Of a stretch of 64,000 nt of DNA, positions 16,995 to 26,936 are shown in pieces. Under the pieces are notes generated by a model that saw nothing but the letters and a program-made list of their open reading frames with translations, was not told where the DNA came from and ran no database searches. The translations under genes were made by a program, and so were the position numbers. The DNA is from a bacterium (GTDB lineage: Bacteria > Verrucomicrobiota > Kiritimatiellia > CAIKKV01 > CAITUY01), in contig JBAXWB010000008.1 in NCBI GenBank assembly GCA_037128595.1, positions 5,889 through 69,888 on the forward strand. Direction: 5' to 3'. Numbering within the stretch: the stretch's first letter is position 1; each line of letters starts with the position of its first letter.

Positions 16995-18215
16995 TTAGAA
17001 TCGCAAGTTGGCCTTCATCAGCCGCTCAGACAACTCGGCAATCACGCGGTCATCATCGGCTTTGTCCTTCGATTCAAAGGTGGCCGAGAACCGCAGGAAG
17101 GGGCCCACATCATCCCAGGGCACCGTGGAGATGGAGCATTCACGGATCAGATATTGCGAGGCATCTTCCGCCGTGAGGAACGTCTGGACGCCCGCCCCCT
17201 TGGGGGCCGGAACGTACAGGTAGAACGTCCCGCCGGGCATTTTCGCCTTGAAGCCCACCGCCTTGAGCACCTTGACGATTTTCTTCAAGCGGCGCTCATA
17301 ATGTTTCTTGATCTTATCGGCCAGCTTCCGGTCGGCAATCCCAGCGCACGCCGCCAGTTGAATGGCCTTGAATTGACCCGAGTCCACATTGTCCTTCACT
17401 TCCGCATAGGCCTGCACGATACGCGCGGCCCCAGCCACAAAGCCAAGGCGCCAGCCGGTCATGTTGTAGCTCTTGCTCATGGAGTGGAGTTCGATGGCCA
17501 CGTCCTTCCCGCCCGGCCGGCTCAGGATCGATAACGGCTGGCCGTACACGAGCGTCGCATAGGCCGCATCCTGCACAATGAGGATGTTGTGCTTCTGGGC
17601 AAAGGCGATCAACTGGTCGAAGAGCTCCTCGGTGGGCGCCGCGCCCGTCGGGTTGTTCGGATAATTGACATAGAACAGCTTGGTACGGGCCAGGACGGCC
17701 GGATCAATACTGTCGAGATCGGGGTAAAACTGGTTTTCCTTTTTCAAAGGGACCTTCACGACTTCGCCGCCGAGGTAACGGGTGTGGGTCGCCAGCACCG
17801 GATAGCCGGGCACCGTGACCAGGGCCACATCGCCGGGATTGATGAAGCAGAGGGGCAACATTGCCAGAGCCGGCTTTGAGCCGATGCTGTGGCAGATATC
17901 GGTGTCGGGGTTCAAATCGGTGACCCCGAAGAACGTGCTCATGTACTCCGCGGCCGCCAGCTTGAACTCGCGGATGCCATTATCGGCATAGCCCCGGTTG
18001 GCAGGATTATCCACGGCGACCTTGAGTGCCTTGCGAATCGGGGCCGGCGCCATCTGATCCGGCTCCCCCACCCCGAAATCGAGCAGTTCCACGGTAGGCC
18101 GGGCCGCACGGGCCGCCGCCTTGGCTCGCTTGATCTTTTCGAATTTGTAAATCTCGTTGGTGGTTCCAAACGCACTGCCACCAATCCGGTCCGCAAACAT
18201 CTTCTGAACGTCCAT
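16995..18215 (-). CDS. dapL: LL-diaminopimelate aminotransferase
   Basis: 406-aa class I/II aminotransferase with a DapL-like N-terminus (…FGVGEPD…) and PLP-lysine region SMSKSYNMTGWRLGF. Confidence 0.8.
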   Translation of the reverse strand: MDVQKMFADRIGGSAFGTTNEIYKFEKIKRAKAAARAARPTVELLDFGVGEPDQMAPAPIRKALKVAVDNPANRGYADNGIREFKLAAAEYMSTFFGVTDLNPDTDICHSIGSKPALAMLPLCFINPGDVALVTVPGYPVLATHTRYLGGEVVKVPLKKENQFYPDLDSIDPAVLARTKLFYVNYPNNPTGAAPTEELFDQLIAFAQKHNILIVQDAAYATLVYGQPLSILSRPGGKDVAIELHSMSKSYNMTGWRLGFVAGAARIVQAYAEVKDNVDSGQFKAIQLAACAGIADRKLADKIKKHYERRLKKIVKVLKAVGFKAKMPGGTFYLYVPAPKGAGVQTFLTAEDASQYLIRECSISTVPWDDVGPFLRFSATFESKDKADDDRVIAELSERLMKANLRF

Positions 18216-18478
18216 AAGCCATCTCCTCTGTTTTAAAAACGGATTCCAAGATACCTGTCTCAGGGAAGGGAATCAAGGGAGATTCGATTTGATCCAACGA
18301 GAGGGTGGCGTTCGACGTCCTCGGCGAACGATCCCGCGTGCTTCGTCATCCATCAGCCGCCGGGGACGGCGGCTGCCACCTTATTCTTTACGCACGGCTT
18401 GATCTTACTTGTATTTTATTCTTTGTGCCTCCGTGTCTCCGTGGTAAATCTTCACCTCCCTTTTATCAGGACGTTACC

Positions 18479-19435
18479 ATGCTTAAGACGGCTTTTCTCT
18501 ATGACCCGGTTTTCCTCAAGCATCACCCTGGCTGGGCGCATCCGGACAAGCGCCAACGGCTGACCGCCATTCTGGATCAGTTGAAGAAAACCGGGCTGTG
18601 GGACCAGCTGCGGCACCTCCCCCCGCAGCCCGCGCCCATCGCCGCCCTCACCGCCGTTCATACCGCAGACTATGTGGAGCACCTCCGGCTCGCCAGTAGC
18701 GGGGGGGGGCTTTTCAAACCTGACGACGTGACCATCGGGTCCCCTGGAACCTATGACGCCGCCGTGATGGCGGCCGGGGCGGTGCTCACCGCCCTGGATG
18801 CGGTGATGCAACAGCAGGCCCGGAATGCCTTCTGCGCCGTACGGCCCCCGGGGCATCACGCCCTGCCGGACCGCGCCATGGGCTTCTGCTTTTTCAACAA
18901 CGTCGCCATCGGCGCCCGCTATCTTCAACACCGGTACGGCCTGAAAAAGATCGCCATCATCGACTGGGATATCCACCACGGAAACGGCACCCAGCACATT
19001 TTTTATAGCGATCCATCCGTATTCTATTTCAGCCTTCACCAGGCCTCACTCTACCCCCCGGGAAGTGGCCAGGCCGCCGAGACAGGAGCAGGCCCGGGAA
19101 CAGGATATACCCGTAACGTCCCCATGCCCCCTGGCGCGACTGACGCGGATTACCAACAGGCGCTGGCACAGGAGCTGATCCCCGCGATGGCGACCTTTCA
19201 GCCGGAATTCATTCTCATTTCGGCCGGATTTGACGGACACCGTGACGACCCGCTGGCCTGCGCCTCCCTCACGGAGAACGGGTTCGCCGGCTTCACGCGC
19301 CTGGTCATGACTCTGGCCCGGACCCATTGCGGGAATCGCCTGGTTTCAGTGCTGGAAGGCGGCTACAGCCTGACAGGGCTTGCGGCCTCGGTTGAAACGC
19401 ATATCAGGGGGCTGGCAGGGCCGGGGCCGCAATAA
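18479..19435 (+). CDS. Histone deacetylase-family protein (acetoin utilization AcuC / acetylpolyamine amidohydrolase-like)
   Basis: HDAC signatures RPPGHHA, IIDWDIHHGNGTQ and GFDGHRDDPL. Start at Met59 of the ORF (atg 18479-18481). Confidence 0.8.
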   Translation: MLKTAFLYDPVFLKHHPGWAHPDKRQRLTAILDQLKKTGLWDQLRHLPPQPAPIAALTAVHTADYVEHLRLASSGGGLFKPDDVTIGSPGTYDAAVMAAGAVLTALDAVMQQQARNAFCAVRPPGHHALPDRAMGFCFFNNVAIGARYLQHRYGLKKIAIIDWDIHHGNGTQHIFYSDPSVFYFSLHQASLYPPGSGQAAETGAGPGTGYTRNVPMPPGATDADYQQALAQELIPAMATFQPEFILISAGFDGHRDDPLACASLTENGFAGFTRLVMTLARTHCGNRLVSVLEGGYSLTGLAASVETHIRGLAGPGPQ

Positions 19436-21722
19436 TCGTCCCGCCCCCGACGGCCTGATAGTCCACATGATCCACCGGCGCCGGGGTCCCCCACCAGTTT
19501 CCCGCGGCAGAGGCCATGCCTAACCCGTCAAACATCATCTGGAAGGCGCCGTTGCCATAGAAGGCGTTCAGGCCATAATCGGTGGCCTGGCCAAAATCGT
19601 AAACGCTATCCCATGGGGCCAACGTCTGCAGATGCACCCCGTTGGCCCCGTTACGGGAGAGGTCATTGCCGCGGGCCACCACGAAGGAATCAAGCCCGGA
19701 GTCAAGATCCAGGAATACGCCGTCCGTGCTATTCCCGGTGAGCCGGCTATTCACCAGAGAAACCTGAACCGAACCACCGGCCGCCAGCACTGCATGAAGC
19801 CCGTCCGAATGATTATTTGCAGCCTCAAGCGTATCAAACGCGACCTGAACTGAACGGTAGCCATACACATCCAGGAAGACGCCATTCCCGCCATTGGCAT
19901 TGGCCGCAAGGGAAGCCCCTTCCACCCGGGCTTCCTGTGTAAAGGCCTGAAGGGCCAGACCGTCGCCGCCGTTCCCGGAATAATTCCCCGAAACGTACAG
20001 GTGGAACACATCACAGTCGATGGCCGAAATGCGGGCCCCATCCCCGCTATTACCGGAAACGGTGTTCTGGTCCAACGTCAGCTCCACGAGAGGCACGGTT
20101 GCCAGGTCGATATTGATCCCCGTCCCTGCGACCCCCGAGATCCGGTTATCGCGAATGGTCGCGGCAACGACCGGGATATGGACCGCCTGCAATTGAATGC
20201 CAGCCACCGCAGATCCATTTCCCTGGATGATATTATGGCTGATCGTGACGCCGGATACATCCTCTCCAAAAATCACCGGACTGGCGAGGGGGGTGCCAGC
20301 CGGCTGCACGAGCTCAAATCCAGTGACCCGGGTCTCATTGGCAAGCGTGATGACCGGCCCCTTTCCGCCCCCATTCACAACCGGGAAGACGGTCCCCTGA
20401 AAGACGCCATGAGGGCCCTGCAGCGGGGCCCCGCTGCCCCAGAGTGTGAGCCCTTTGCGCAACACGACATTCTCATCGTACGGCCGGGCGGCCTCACTCA
20501 CATATACCAGGGCGCCAATGGCATTCTGCACGCCGGCATTAATCTGCCGATAGGGATTCTCCCAGGTTCCCGCTTCCAGCCCGGTCCGGTTATCGGCATC
20601 CACGAACGTGACGTCGGAGGCCAATATATCCGTCATGTCTTTACGCTCGTGCGAGACTAATGTTTTCTCAATAATCCGGCGGTCCCCGACGACTTCCGTG
20701 GGAGCCGAGACCTCGGTCCGGATATGCAAGTCACGCATGACCATCTCCGTTAATCGGGAGGCGAAAGGACTATGCAGGCCTCCCGGCCTGAATCCGGCCA
20801 GTGCGCCGGCAAAGGGATTCCGGCCCCGACTTAAGCGCGCCAGATCAAACGGGACGGCCGCCCGGACCCCCACCGAGCCCTGCGCGCCGGATTCGACCGC
20901 ATCCTCCACCCAGCCGGCATCCAGATACAGTGCGGGTAGCGGCCGGATTTCAACACGCGCCTTCAGCCCTGAAACCCCCGAGCCATACGCCGCAGAATAC
21001 TGATAAAAGCCCACGAACGCCTTGATGTCGGCGTAGTGCCTCAAAACCGGAAGAGGCAGAAGCGAGCCCAGTTCAGCATCAAAGCCATCCCTGGCCTGCT
21101 CCGTGGTCCGGTAATGCTGGAGGGTATTGATCGTGTAGGAGTCCGTCATCTCATAGCCATACTGACTGATGACATGACCTTGGGCGGATGGCGCATACCA
21201 GTACTCGGCATGCTCCTGCAGGGTGCCCGGGGTCACCACATAGTCATCCGCGCTTTTTTCGCCCTGTTCCGGGAAATAAAAATTCGCCCGGGCATCCACC
21301 CACTGACTGAGCCACTCCAGCCCGAAGCCCGCCTGATTAAAGGTGTTGTCGAGCGAGGACTCACGCCGGTCATAGTAAAGATTCGCGCCGACAATGATGT
21401 TTCTATCAGGAAAGAGATGCCGCCCCCCCAGCCCGATACTGAATTCACGGGACTGCTCGTCATTCCAGGTGCCACGCGGATTGATAAAGAGAAGCTCCGT
21501 GGGCCGCTGATAGACCGGAACCAGCATATCCCCGAAGGAGTCAACCTGCTGGCCGCTCCATTGAACCCCCACACTCAACTGAGCGGGCGGGAGGGACGGC
21601 TCCGGGGAAGGCAGGGACGCGAGGGGATCACCGGGTTCCGCACCCCCGGCAACTAGGACGAGGGCGGCCAGAAAGGTCCCTCCCGCCAGTCGCAGTCCCC
21701 TTGCCGCCTGTGAGCAACGCAT
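19404..21722 (-). CDS. Inverse autotransporter-like (type Ve) outer-membrane protein with a parallel beta-helix repeat passenger
   Basis: Signal peptide. An intimin/invasin-type beta-barrel pattern (…FSIGLGGRHLF…IVGANLYYDRR…GFGLEWLSQWVDARANFYF…) is followed by many PbH1-like repeats (GNSGDGARI, GNGGDGLAL, NGGNGVFLD, NGANGVHLQ). Confidence 0.55.
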   Translation of the reverse strand: MRCSQAARGLRLAGGTFLAALVLVAGGAEPGDPLASLPSPEPSLPPAQLSVGVQWSGQQVDSFGDMLVPVYQRPTELLFINPRGTWNDEQSREFSIGLGGRHLFPDRNIIVGANLYYDRRESSLDNTFNQAGFGLEWLSQWVDARANFYFPEQGEKSADDYVVTPGTLQEHAEYWYAPSAQGHVISQYGYEMTDSYTINTLQHYRTTEQARDGFDAELGSLLPLPVLRHYADIKAFVGFYQYSAAYGSGVSGLKARVEIRPLPALYLDAGWVEDAVESGAQGSVGVRAAVPFDLARLSRGRNPFAGALAGFRPGGLHSPFASRLTEMVMRDLHIRTEVSAPTEVVGDRRIIEKTLVSHERKDMTDILASDVTFVDADNRTGLEAGTWENPYRQINAGVQNAIGALVYVSEAARPYDENVVLRKGLTLWGSGAPLQGPHGVFQGTVFPVVNGGGKGPVITLANETRVTGFELVQPAGTPLASPVIFGEDVSGVTISHNIIQGNGSAVAGIQLQAVHIPVVAATIRDNRISGVAGTGINIDLATVPLVELTLDQNTVSGNSGDGARISAIDCDVFHLYVSGNYSGNGGDGLALQAFTQEARVEGASLAANANGGNGVFLDVYGYRSVQVAFDTLEAANNHSDGLHAVLAAGGSVQVSLVNSRLTGNSTDGVFLDLDSGLDSFVVARGNDLSRNGANGVHLQTLAPWDSVYDFGQATDYGLNAFYGNGAFQMMFDGLGMASAAGNWWGTPAPVDHVDYQAVGGGTIIAAPALPAP

Positions 21723-21734
21723 GAATCGTCCTCC

Positions 21735-22871
21735 TTACGACAAACGGTTCCGGTAATCCTCATAGCCAAAACGACGGATCACCTCGATCGACTCGCGATC
21801 CGGGTGATAGATAGCGATGGAGGGCAGGCCGACCCCGTTAAACGTATTATTTTTAACCATCGTATAATGGGCCATATCGGTAAAGATCAGTTTATCCCCG
21901 ACCGCCAGCGGAGCGGGGAAAGAATAATCCCCCACCACATCCCCCGCAAGACACGTCATACCGCCCAGGCGGTACGTATACGGATGCTCCCCGGGACGGC
22001 CGGCCCCCACAATTCCCGGGCGATAAGGCATCTCCAGGACATCCGGCATGTGGGCGGCGGCAGAGGTGTCAAGAATGGCCACATCCATGGCATTGTGCAC
22101 GATATCCAGAACGGAGGTGACCAGCACCCCTGTGTTCAAGGCGATGGCTTCGCCCGGTTCCAGATAGACCTCCAGATGGGGGTGACGTGCGCGAAACCCC
22201 TGAATGACCTGGCAGAGCAGATCAACCTCATAATCCGCCCGCGTAATGTGATGCCCCCCCCCGAAATTAACCCAGCTCAACCCGCCGAAATAGCGACCGA
22301 ACTTTTCCTCGACCACCGGCAGGGTTCGCGCCAGGGCATCCGCGTTCAATTCACACAACGTATGAAAATGAAGCCCTGACACACCGGACAGATCCTGCCC
22401 TTCGAACTGATCACAGGTGATCCCCAGCCGGGATCCCGGCGCACAAGGATCATAGAGCGGTACCTTGACCTCGGAATGTTGCGGATTCACCCGCAGGCCG
22501 CAGCGGACGGGCTTGCGGGAGCGGGCGACCTGCTCCTTATAGAGGTGCCATTGGGCAAAGGAATTAAAGACCAGGTGATGCGCGTAGTTCAGGATCTCTT
22601 CAAATTCATCCGGCCGGAAGGCCGGGGCATACACATGCACTTCGCGCTTGAACTCCTCGAATCCGAGCCGGGCCTCATTCAAGGAACTGGCGGCCGTTCC
22701 CTGCAGCACCCTGGCGATTTGGGGAAAGGTGCTGAACATGGAAAAGCCTTTCAGGGCGAGCAGGATTTTGCAGCCGGTCCGCCGCTGAACCTCATCCAGG
22801 CGCGCCAAATTGGCCGCCAATTTCGACTCATCCACCACATAGCACGGGGTTACCAGTTTACTTATATCCAT
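21735..22871 (-). CDS. nspC: Carboxynorspermidine/carboxyspermidine decarboxylase
   Basis: 378 aa. Fold-III PLP decarboxylase pattern with an NspC-specific N-terminus (…TPCYVVDESKLAANL…ILLALKGF…). Confidence 0.8.
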   Translation of the reverse strand: MDISKLVTPCYVVDESKLAANLARLDEVQRRTGCKILLALKGFSMFSTFPQIARVLQGTAASSLNEARLGFEEFKREVHVYAPAFRPDEFEEILNYAHHLVFNSFAQWHLYKEQVARSRKPVRCGLRVNPQHSEVKVPLYDPCAPGSRLGITCDQFEGQDLSGVSGLHFHTLCELNADALARTLPVVEEKFGRYFGGLSWVNFGGGHHITRADYEVDLLCQVIQGFRARHPHLEVYLEPGEAIALNTGVLVTSVLDIVHNAMDVAILDTSAAAHMPDVLEMPYRPGIVGAGRPGEHPYTYRLGGMTCLAGDVVGDYSFPAPLAVGDKLIFTDMAHYTMVKNNTFNGVGLPSIAIYHPDRESIEVIRRFGYEDYRNRLS

Positions 22872-22890
22872 GAATCCGCTCCTGACACCC

Positions 22891-23418
22891 TTACTCCACC
22901 GGTTCCAGCAATTCCATACCGACTTCGACCGCAATCGCGCGGCCGATGATATCCACATTCAAAACCACTTTGGTCCGGCCTTTCACCACCTGCACGACCC
23001 CCTCCACGCCCTCAAAGGGTCCGCTCTTGATCAGCACCCGCCGGCCCGCCTGGAATGCCGCAGAGGCATCAAGGGTGGGATCGATCGCCAAGGCCTGGCG
23101 GATCTGCATTAATTCCTTGGAAAACTGGGCCTGATGATCCACCGGAAGAATCCGGACCACCAGATTACTTTTCAGCACTGTCAGCTTATCCTCATCCGGG
23201 AAACGGAGGAACACATAGCCGGGAAAAACCGGCTTATACACGGTCACCTTCCGCCGCTGATAGGTCTTGGTTTCTTCGCGGAGCGGGAGTTCACACTCCA
23301 CCCCATGAACCTCGCAATACCCCGCCATCTTCTTCTCACAACGCGGCTTGACATACAATACATGCCAGAGCGATTCGCCCGGAGCCTCCCGACCCTCACC
23401 CGTCTGTGCATCCATCAT
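22891..23418 (-). CDS. Specialised NusG paralog (NGN + KOW domains; UpxY/LoaP/RfaH-like antiterminator)
   Basis: NGN domain (WHVLYVKPRCEKK…). KOW motif (RRVLIKSGPFEGVEGVV). Distinct from the bona fide nusG at 52445-52996. Confidence 0.7.
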   Translation of the reverse strand: MMDAQTGEGREAPGESLWHVLYVKPRCEKKMAGYCEVHGVECELPLREETKTYQRRKVTVYKPVFPGYVFLRFPDEDKLTVLKSNLVVRILPVDHQAQFSKELMQIRQALAIDPTLDASAAFQAGRRVLIKSGPFEGVEGVVQVVKGRTKVVLNVDIIGRAIAVEVGMELLEPVE

Positions 23419-23428
23419 GAACTCCCTT

Positions 23429-23464
23429 CCAAAAAAAAGACGCCGACATTGCTATCGGCGTCTT
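23429..23464 (-). terminator. Rho-independent terminator of rplQ (hairpin + U8 run on the minus-strand transcript)
   Basis: The + strand aaaaaaaagacgccgacattgctatcggcgtctt corresponds to the transcript AAGACGCCGAUAGCAAUGUCGGCGUCUUUUUUUU. Confidence 0.7.
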
Positions 23465-23517
23465 CTGATGTGAGGACGGGCTCCGGAGAGACCTCGCCTC
23501 GCAATGAAACAAAGGGA

Positions 23518-23982
23518 TCAGGATTCCTTTTTGGTTTCCCCTGTAACCGGCTCATCATTGCCCGCCGCAGCCGCTTTGGCCTTGCGTCCTTTTTTCACCA
23601 TTGCCAGATCAACCCACTCCAGGATCGCCATCTCGGAGCTATCGCTCCCCCGACGACCGACCTTGGTGATGCGGGTATAGCCGCCCAAACGGTCCTTGTA
23701 CTGGGGCGCAATCGTATCAAAAAGCTTAATCATCGGCTTCCGGTGGCGGAGAAACGCCAGGGCTTTCCGCTTGGCTTGCAACATTTTCTCCGGCTTGCCC
23801 GACGCGATGGCCCGCTTCGCCACCGTCACCATCTTCTCTGCCAACGCACGGGTTAACCTGGCCTTGGGCAAGGTTGTCTTGATCCGCTGTTCTTCAATAA
23901 GACTGCCGACCATTGACATCATCAGCGCCTTACGCGCTTCTGCAGGCCGACCCAATTTCACCATTTTCTTTTTGTGACGCAT
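23518..23982 (-). CDS. rplQ: 50S ribosomal protein L17
   Basis: MRHKKKMVKLGRPAEARKALMMSMVGSLIEEQRIKTTLPKAR. Confidence 0.9.
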   Translation of the reverse strand: MRHKKKMVKLGRPAEARKALMMSMVGSLIEEQRIKTTLPKARLTRALAEKMVTVAKRAIASGKPEKMLQAKRKALAFLRHRKPMIKLFDTIAPQYKDRLGGYTRITKVGRRGSDSSEMAILEWVDLAMVKKGRKAKAAAAGNDEPVTGETKKES

Positions 23983-24074
23983 TGCTGACTCCCGACATCC
24001 CTACGCCGTGCCAGGGCGTTAGCCCATGACCCCGGTCGTTAACTTTCAACCCTCGCCGCGAATTCCAGACAGGA

Positions 24075-25097
24075 TTATTCGCTGTCTTTATTGGTCTCAA
24101 GCCCTCTCATGGCCTTGACCAGATCGTCGTCGAATTTCATCCCAAGGCTCAGCCCGAGATCCGTTAATTTCGCCTTGATTTCATTCAAGGACTTCTTGCC
24201 GAAATTCCGGTATTTCAGCATTTCCGCCTCGGACTTCTGAGCCAGATGCCCGACCGTCGTGATATTGGCGTTGTTCAGACAATTCGCCGCCCGCACGCTC
24301 AGCTCGATTTCATTGACGCTCATATTGAGGGTCTTGAGCATCTGATCGCGCTCAAGATCGACCTTGGCTTCAACATCCTCGAACTCGACCACATTCTTAT
24401 CATAGTCGACGAACACATCCAGATGGTGGCGCAACACTGCCGCCGACACCGTCAAGGCATCATCGGGAGAGATCCGGCCATCCGACGTCACTTCGATGAC
24501 GAGTTTGTCATAATCCGTGCGCTGCCCGACGCGGGTGTTTTCAATTGAAAAATTCACGCGCTTGACCGGGGAGAAAATCGAATCAATCGGAATCCGTCCA
24601 ATATCCTGATTTTCCTTCTTGTTCAGCTCGGCCGGGCAGAAGCCACGACCGACCCGGATCTCCAGGGTCATATCCAACACGCCATCCGCCGCCAAGGTCG
24701 CTATGTGCTGATTAGGGTTCAGCACCTCGATGGTTCCATCGGTCTGAATGTCGCTGGCCTTGACTTCACGCGGGCCCTTGACCTTCAGATGCAACAGACG
24801 CGACTCGCGGGACTGCGCCTTGAGCAGCACCTTCTTAAGGTTCAAGATGATATCCGTCACGTCTTCCACCACCCCCGGAAGGGCGCAGAACTCATGAGGG
24901 GCACCCTCGATACGCACAGATGAAATGGCTGCTCCCTCCAGGGAGGACAGCAATACCCGGCGCAAGGAGTTGCCGATGGTGCGTCCGTAGCCTACTTCCA
25001 GCGGTTCAGCAACAAACCGCGCAAACGTCGGCGTGGCTGTGGCTTCATCCTTTACTAACCGCTTGGGCATTTCGAATTTGCTCAGTCTGATTGGCAT
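24075..25097 (-). CDS. rpoA: DNA-directed RNA polymerase subunit alpha
   Basis: 340 aa. N-terminal FVAEPLEVGYGRTIGNSLRRVLLSSLEGAAI, plus the C-terminal domain. Confidence 0.9.
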   Translation of the reverse strand: MPIRLSKFEMPKRLVKDEATATPTFARFVAEPLEVGYGRTIGNSLRRVLLSSLEGAAISSVRIEGAPHEFCALPGVVEDVTDIILNLKKVLLKAQSRESRLLHLKVKGPREVKASDIQTDGTIEVLNPNQHIATLAADGVLDMTLEIRVGRGFCPAELNKKENQDIGRIPIDSIFSPVKRVNFSIENTRVGQRTDYDKLVIEVTSDGRISPDDALTVSAAVLRHHLDVFVDYDKNVVEFEDVEAKVDLERDQMLKTLNMSVNEIELSVRAANCLNNANITTVGHLAQKSEAEMLKYRNFGKKSLNEIKAKLTDLGLSLGMKFDDDLVKAMRGLETNKDSE

Positions 25098-25148
25098 GAT
25101 ACGATCCTTCCCCGGAAACGGCTTCCCCGTTTCCCGGCACGAATATCT

Positions 25149-25772
25149 TTACTTAGAGTACAACTCAACGATCAACTGTTCATTGACCAACGGCGCGATT
25201 TCCTCACGTGTGGGAATGCGGAGCACTTCCCCCTTGAGCGCAACCTTGTCCACGGTCAACCAGGAAGAGGCTTCATGCCCTTTCGCGTCTACAACCCGCT
25301 TCACGGCTTCCTGACTCTGTTTGCGACCCTTGACTTCGATCTTGTCGCCCACTTTCAGCGTCATGGAAGGCACATCGGCGCGCCGTCCGTTGACCGTTAA
25401 ATGTCCATGCAACACAAGCTGCCGTGCGGCACGACGGGAGGCCCCGAATCCGAGACGGAAGGCCAGATTGTCGAGCCGCATTTCCAGCAACTGCAACAAC
25501 ATTTCACCCGTGACACCACGCTTGCTGGCGGCCCGTTCGAAGAACAGTTTGAACTGCCCTTCCTGCAAGCCATAGGAACGACGCAAGCGTTGTTTTTCAC
25601 GCAACTGCACACAATAGTCCGTCTTCTTGGAAGGACGCGCACCGTGCATGCCCGGAGCCGGACGCCCGGTTTCAATAGGACACTTTGCCATGCGGCAACG
25701 ATCCCCCTTCAAAAACAGCTTCATACCTTCACGGCGACAAAGCCTGCATGCTGGTCCAGTATATCTACCCAT
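25149..25772 (-). CDS. rpsD: 30S ribosomal protein S4
   Basis: MGRYTGPACRLCRREGMKLFLKGDRC…; the start is trimmed to the conserved N-terminus. Confidence 0.85.
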   Translation of the reverse strand: MGRYTGPACRLCRREGMKLFLKGDRCRMAKCPIETGRPAPGMHGARPSKKTDYCVQLREKQRLRRSYGLQEGQFKLFFERAASKRGVTGEMLLQLLEMRLDNLAFRLGFGASRRAARQLVLHGHLTVNGRRADVPSMTLKVGDKIEVKGRKQSQEAVKRVVDAKGHEASSWLTVDKVALKGEVLRIPTREEIAPLVNEQLIVELYSK

Positions 25773-25804
25773 TCGAATTCTCCTGTTCTCTACAAAATCT
25801 GCCT

Positions 25805-26293
25805 TTAGACGCGGCGACGTTTGCGAGGCCGGCAACCGTTATGCGGCATAGGCGTCACATCTTTGATCATGGTGAGGTTCAATCCGGCAGACTGCAATGC
25901 GCGAATCGCTGATTCACGACCTGCCCCCGGCCCCTGAACACGTACTTCTACTTCCTGCATGCCGCGGGCGACCGCCTGTCGCGCCACTTCCTGCGCCACC
26001 ACACTGGCGGCAAAGGCGGTGCTCTTACGGGATCCCTTGAATCCCGCACGACCTGATGTGCTCCACGCAATCACGCCACCTTTACTATCCGAAACCGAAA
26101 TAATCGTATTGTTGAATGTGGCCCGGATATGGACGATCCCAAACGGAACCACACGCCCTGTACGGACGCGCTGCTGCCGAACCGGACGAGCTGCCCCTTC
26201 GGGGCCTCCCGCCAAAGCGTCCGGACCCGGAGCTGCCGCAGCCTCCGGCTTGGCGCCATTCTTTTCTTCAACTTTTTCTTTAACGTCTGCCAT
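25805..26293 (-). CDS. rpsK: 30S ribosomal protein S11 (with N-terminal Ala/Pro-rich extension)
   Basis: …[40 protein letters not shown]…. Confidence 0.85.
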   Translation of the reverse strand: MADVKEKVEEKNGAKPEAAAAPGPDALAGGPEGAARPVRQQRVRTGRVVPFGIVHIRATFNNTIISVSDSKGGVIAWSTSGRAGFKGSRKSTAFAASVVAQEVARQAVARGMQEVEVRVQGPGAGRESAIRALQSAGLNLTMIKDVTPMPHNGCRPRKRRRV

Positions 26294-26327
26294 TGCGAAC
26301 CCGTGCCTCTTTTATCACTGCTGTTTG

Positions 26328-26723
26328 TTACTGCTTCGCGGCCGCCCGCGCTTCTTTTCCGCGAACCGCACCCACTGTGCGCCGCGGTCCCTTGCGGGTA
26401 CGCGCATTCGTACTTGTGCGCTGGCCCCGAACAGGGAGTCCGCGCTTATGACGAATACCCCGGTAACTTCCGATACTGATCAGACGTCGAATGTTCTGTG
26501 CCACTTCGCGGCGCAAATCACCCTCGATCCGGTAAGTATTTTGGATCACATTAATAATTCTGGCCAACTCTTCATCCGTGAGATCATCGGCTTTTTTCAC
26601 CGGGTCGATCTTGGCCTCGTCAATCACTTGACGGGCGTTAGTTGGTCCAATTCCATAAAGATAGCGCAACGAATACTCAATGCACTTCTTACCTGGTATA
26701 TCCACACCTAATATTCTGGGCAT
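26328..26723 (-). CDS. rpsM: 30S ribosomal protein S13
   Basis: [33 protein letters not shown]…. Confidence 0.9.
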   Translation of the reverse strand: MPRILGVDIPGKKCIEYSLRYLYGIGPTNARQVIDEAKIDPVKKADDLTDEELARIINVIQNTYRIEGDLRREVAQNIRRLISIGSYRGIRHKRGLPVRGQRTSTNARTRKGPRRTVGAVRGKEARAAAKQ

Positions 26724-26735
26724 CCCAAATTCTCC

Positions 26736-26849
26736 TTAACCTTGACGCTGCTTATGACGTGAATTGGTGCAAATCACTCGCACCACACCCCGGCGGCGCA
26801 CAATCTTGCAGCGCTCACAAATCCGCTTGACTGAACTTCTGACCTTCAT
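26736..26849 (-). CDS. rpmJ: 50S ribosomal protein L36 (below the ORF-track length cutoff; found by manual translation)
   Basis: The reverse strand translates to [37 protein letters not shown]. Confidence 0.85.
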   Translation of the reverse strand: MKVRSSVKRICERCKIVRRRGVVRVICTNSRHKQRQG

Positions 26850-26936
26850 CCTCTGGCTCCATTCCAAAAATAGTCGGCCAATTTATCAATGGCCTATCCT
26901 GTTGTCCACACCAAAATACTAAATCCAAACAACGGA

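Noticed and set aside
18300-18345. Possible additional R1-flanked cargo near dapL/HDAC
   Set aside because: Only a single truncated, inverted R1 fragment is present, with no partner copy. Recorded as a degenerate solo repeat rather than a cassette boundary.
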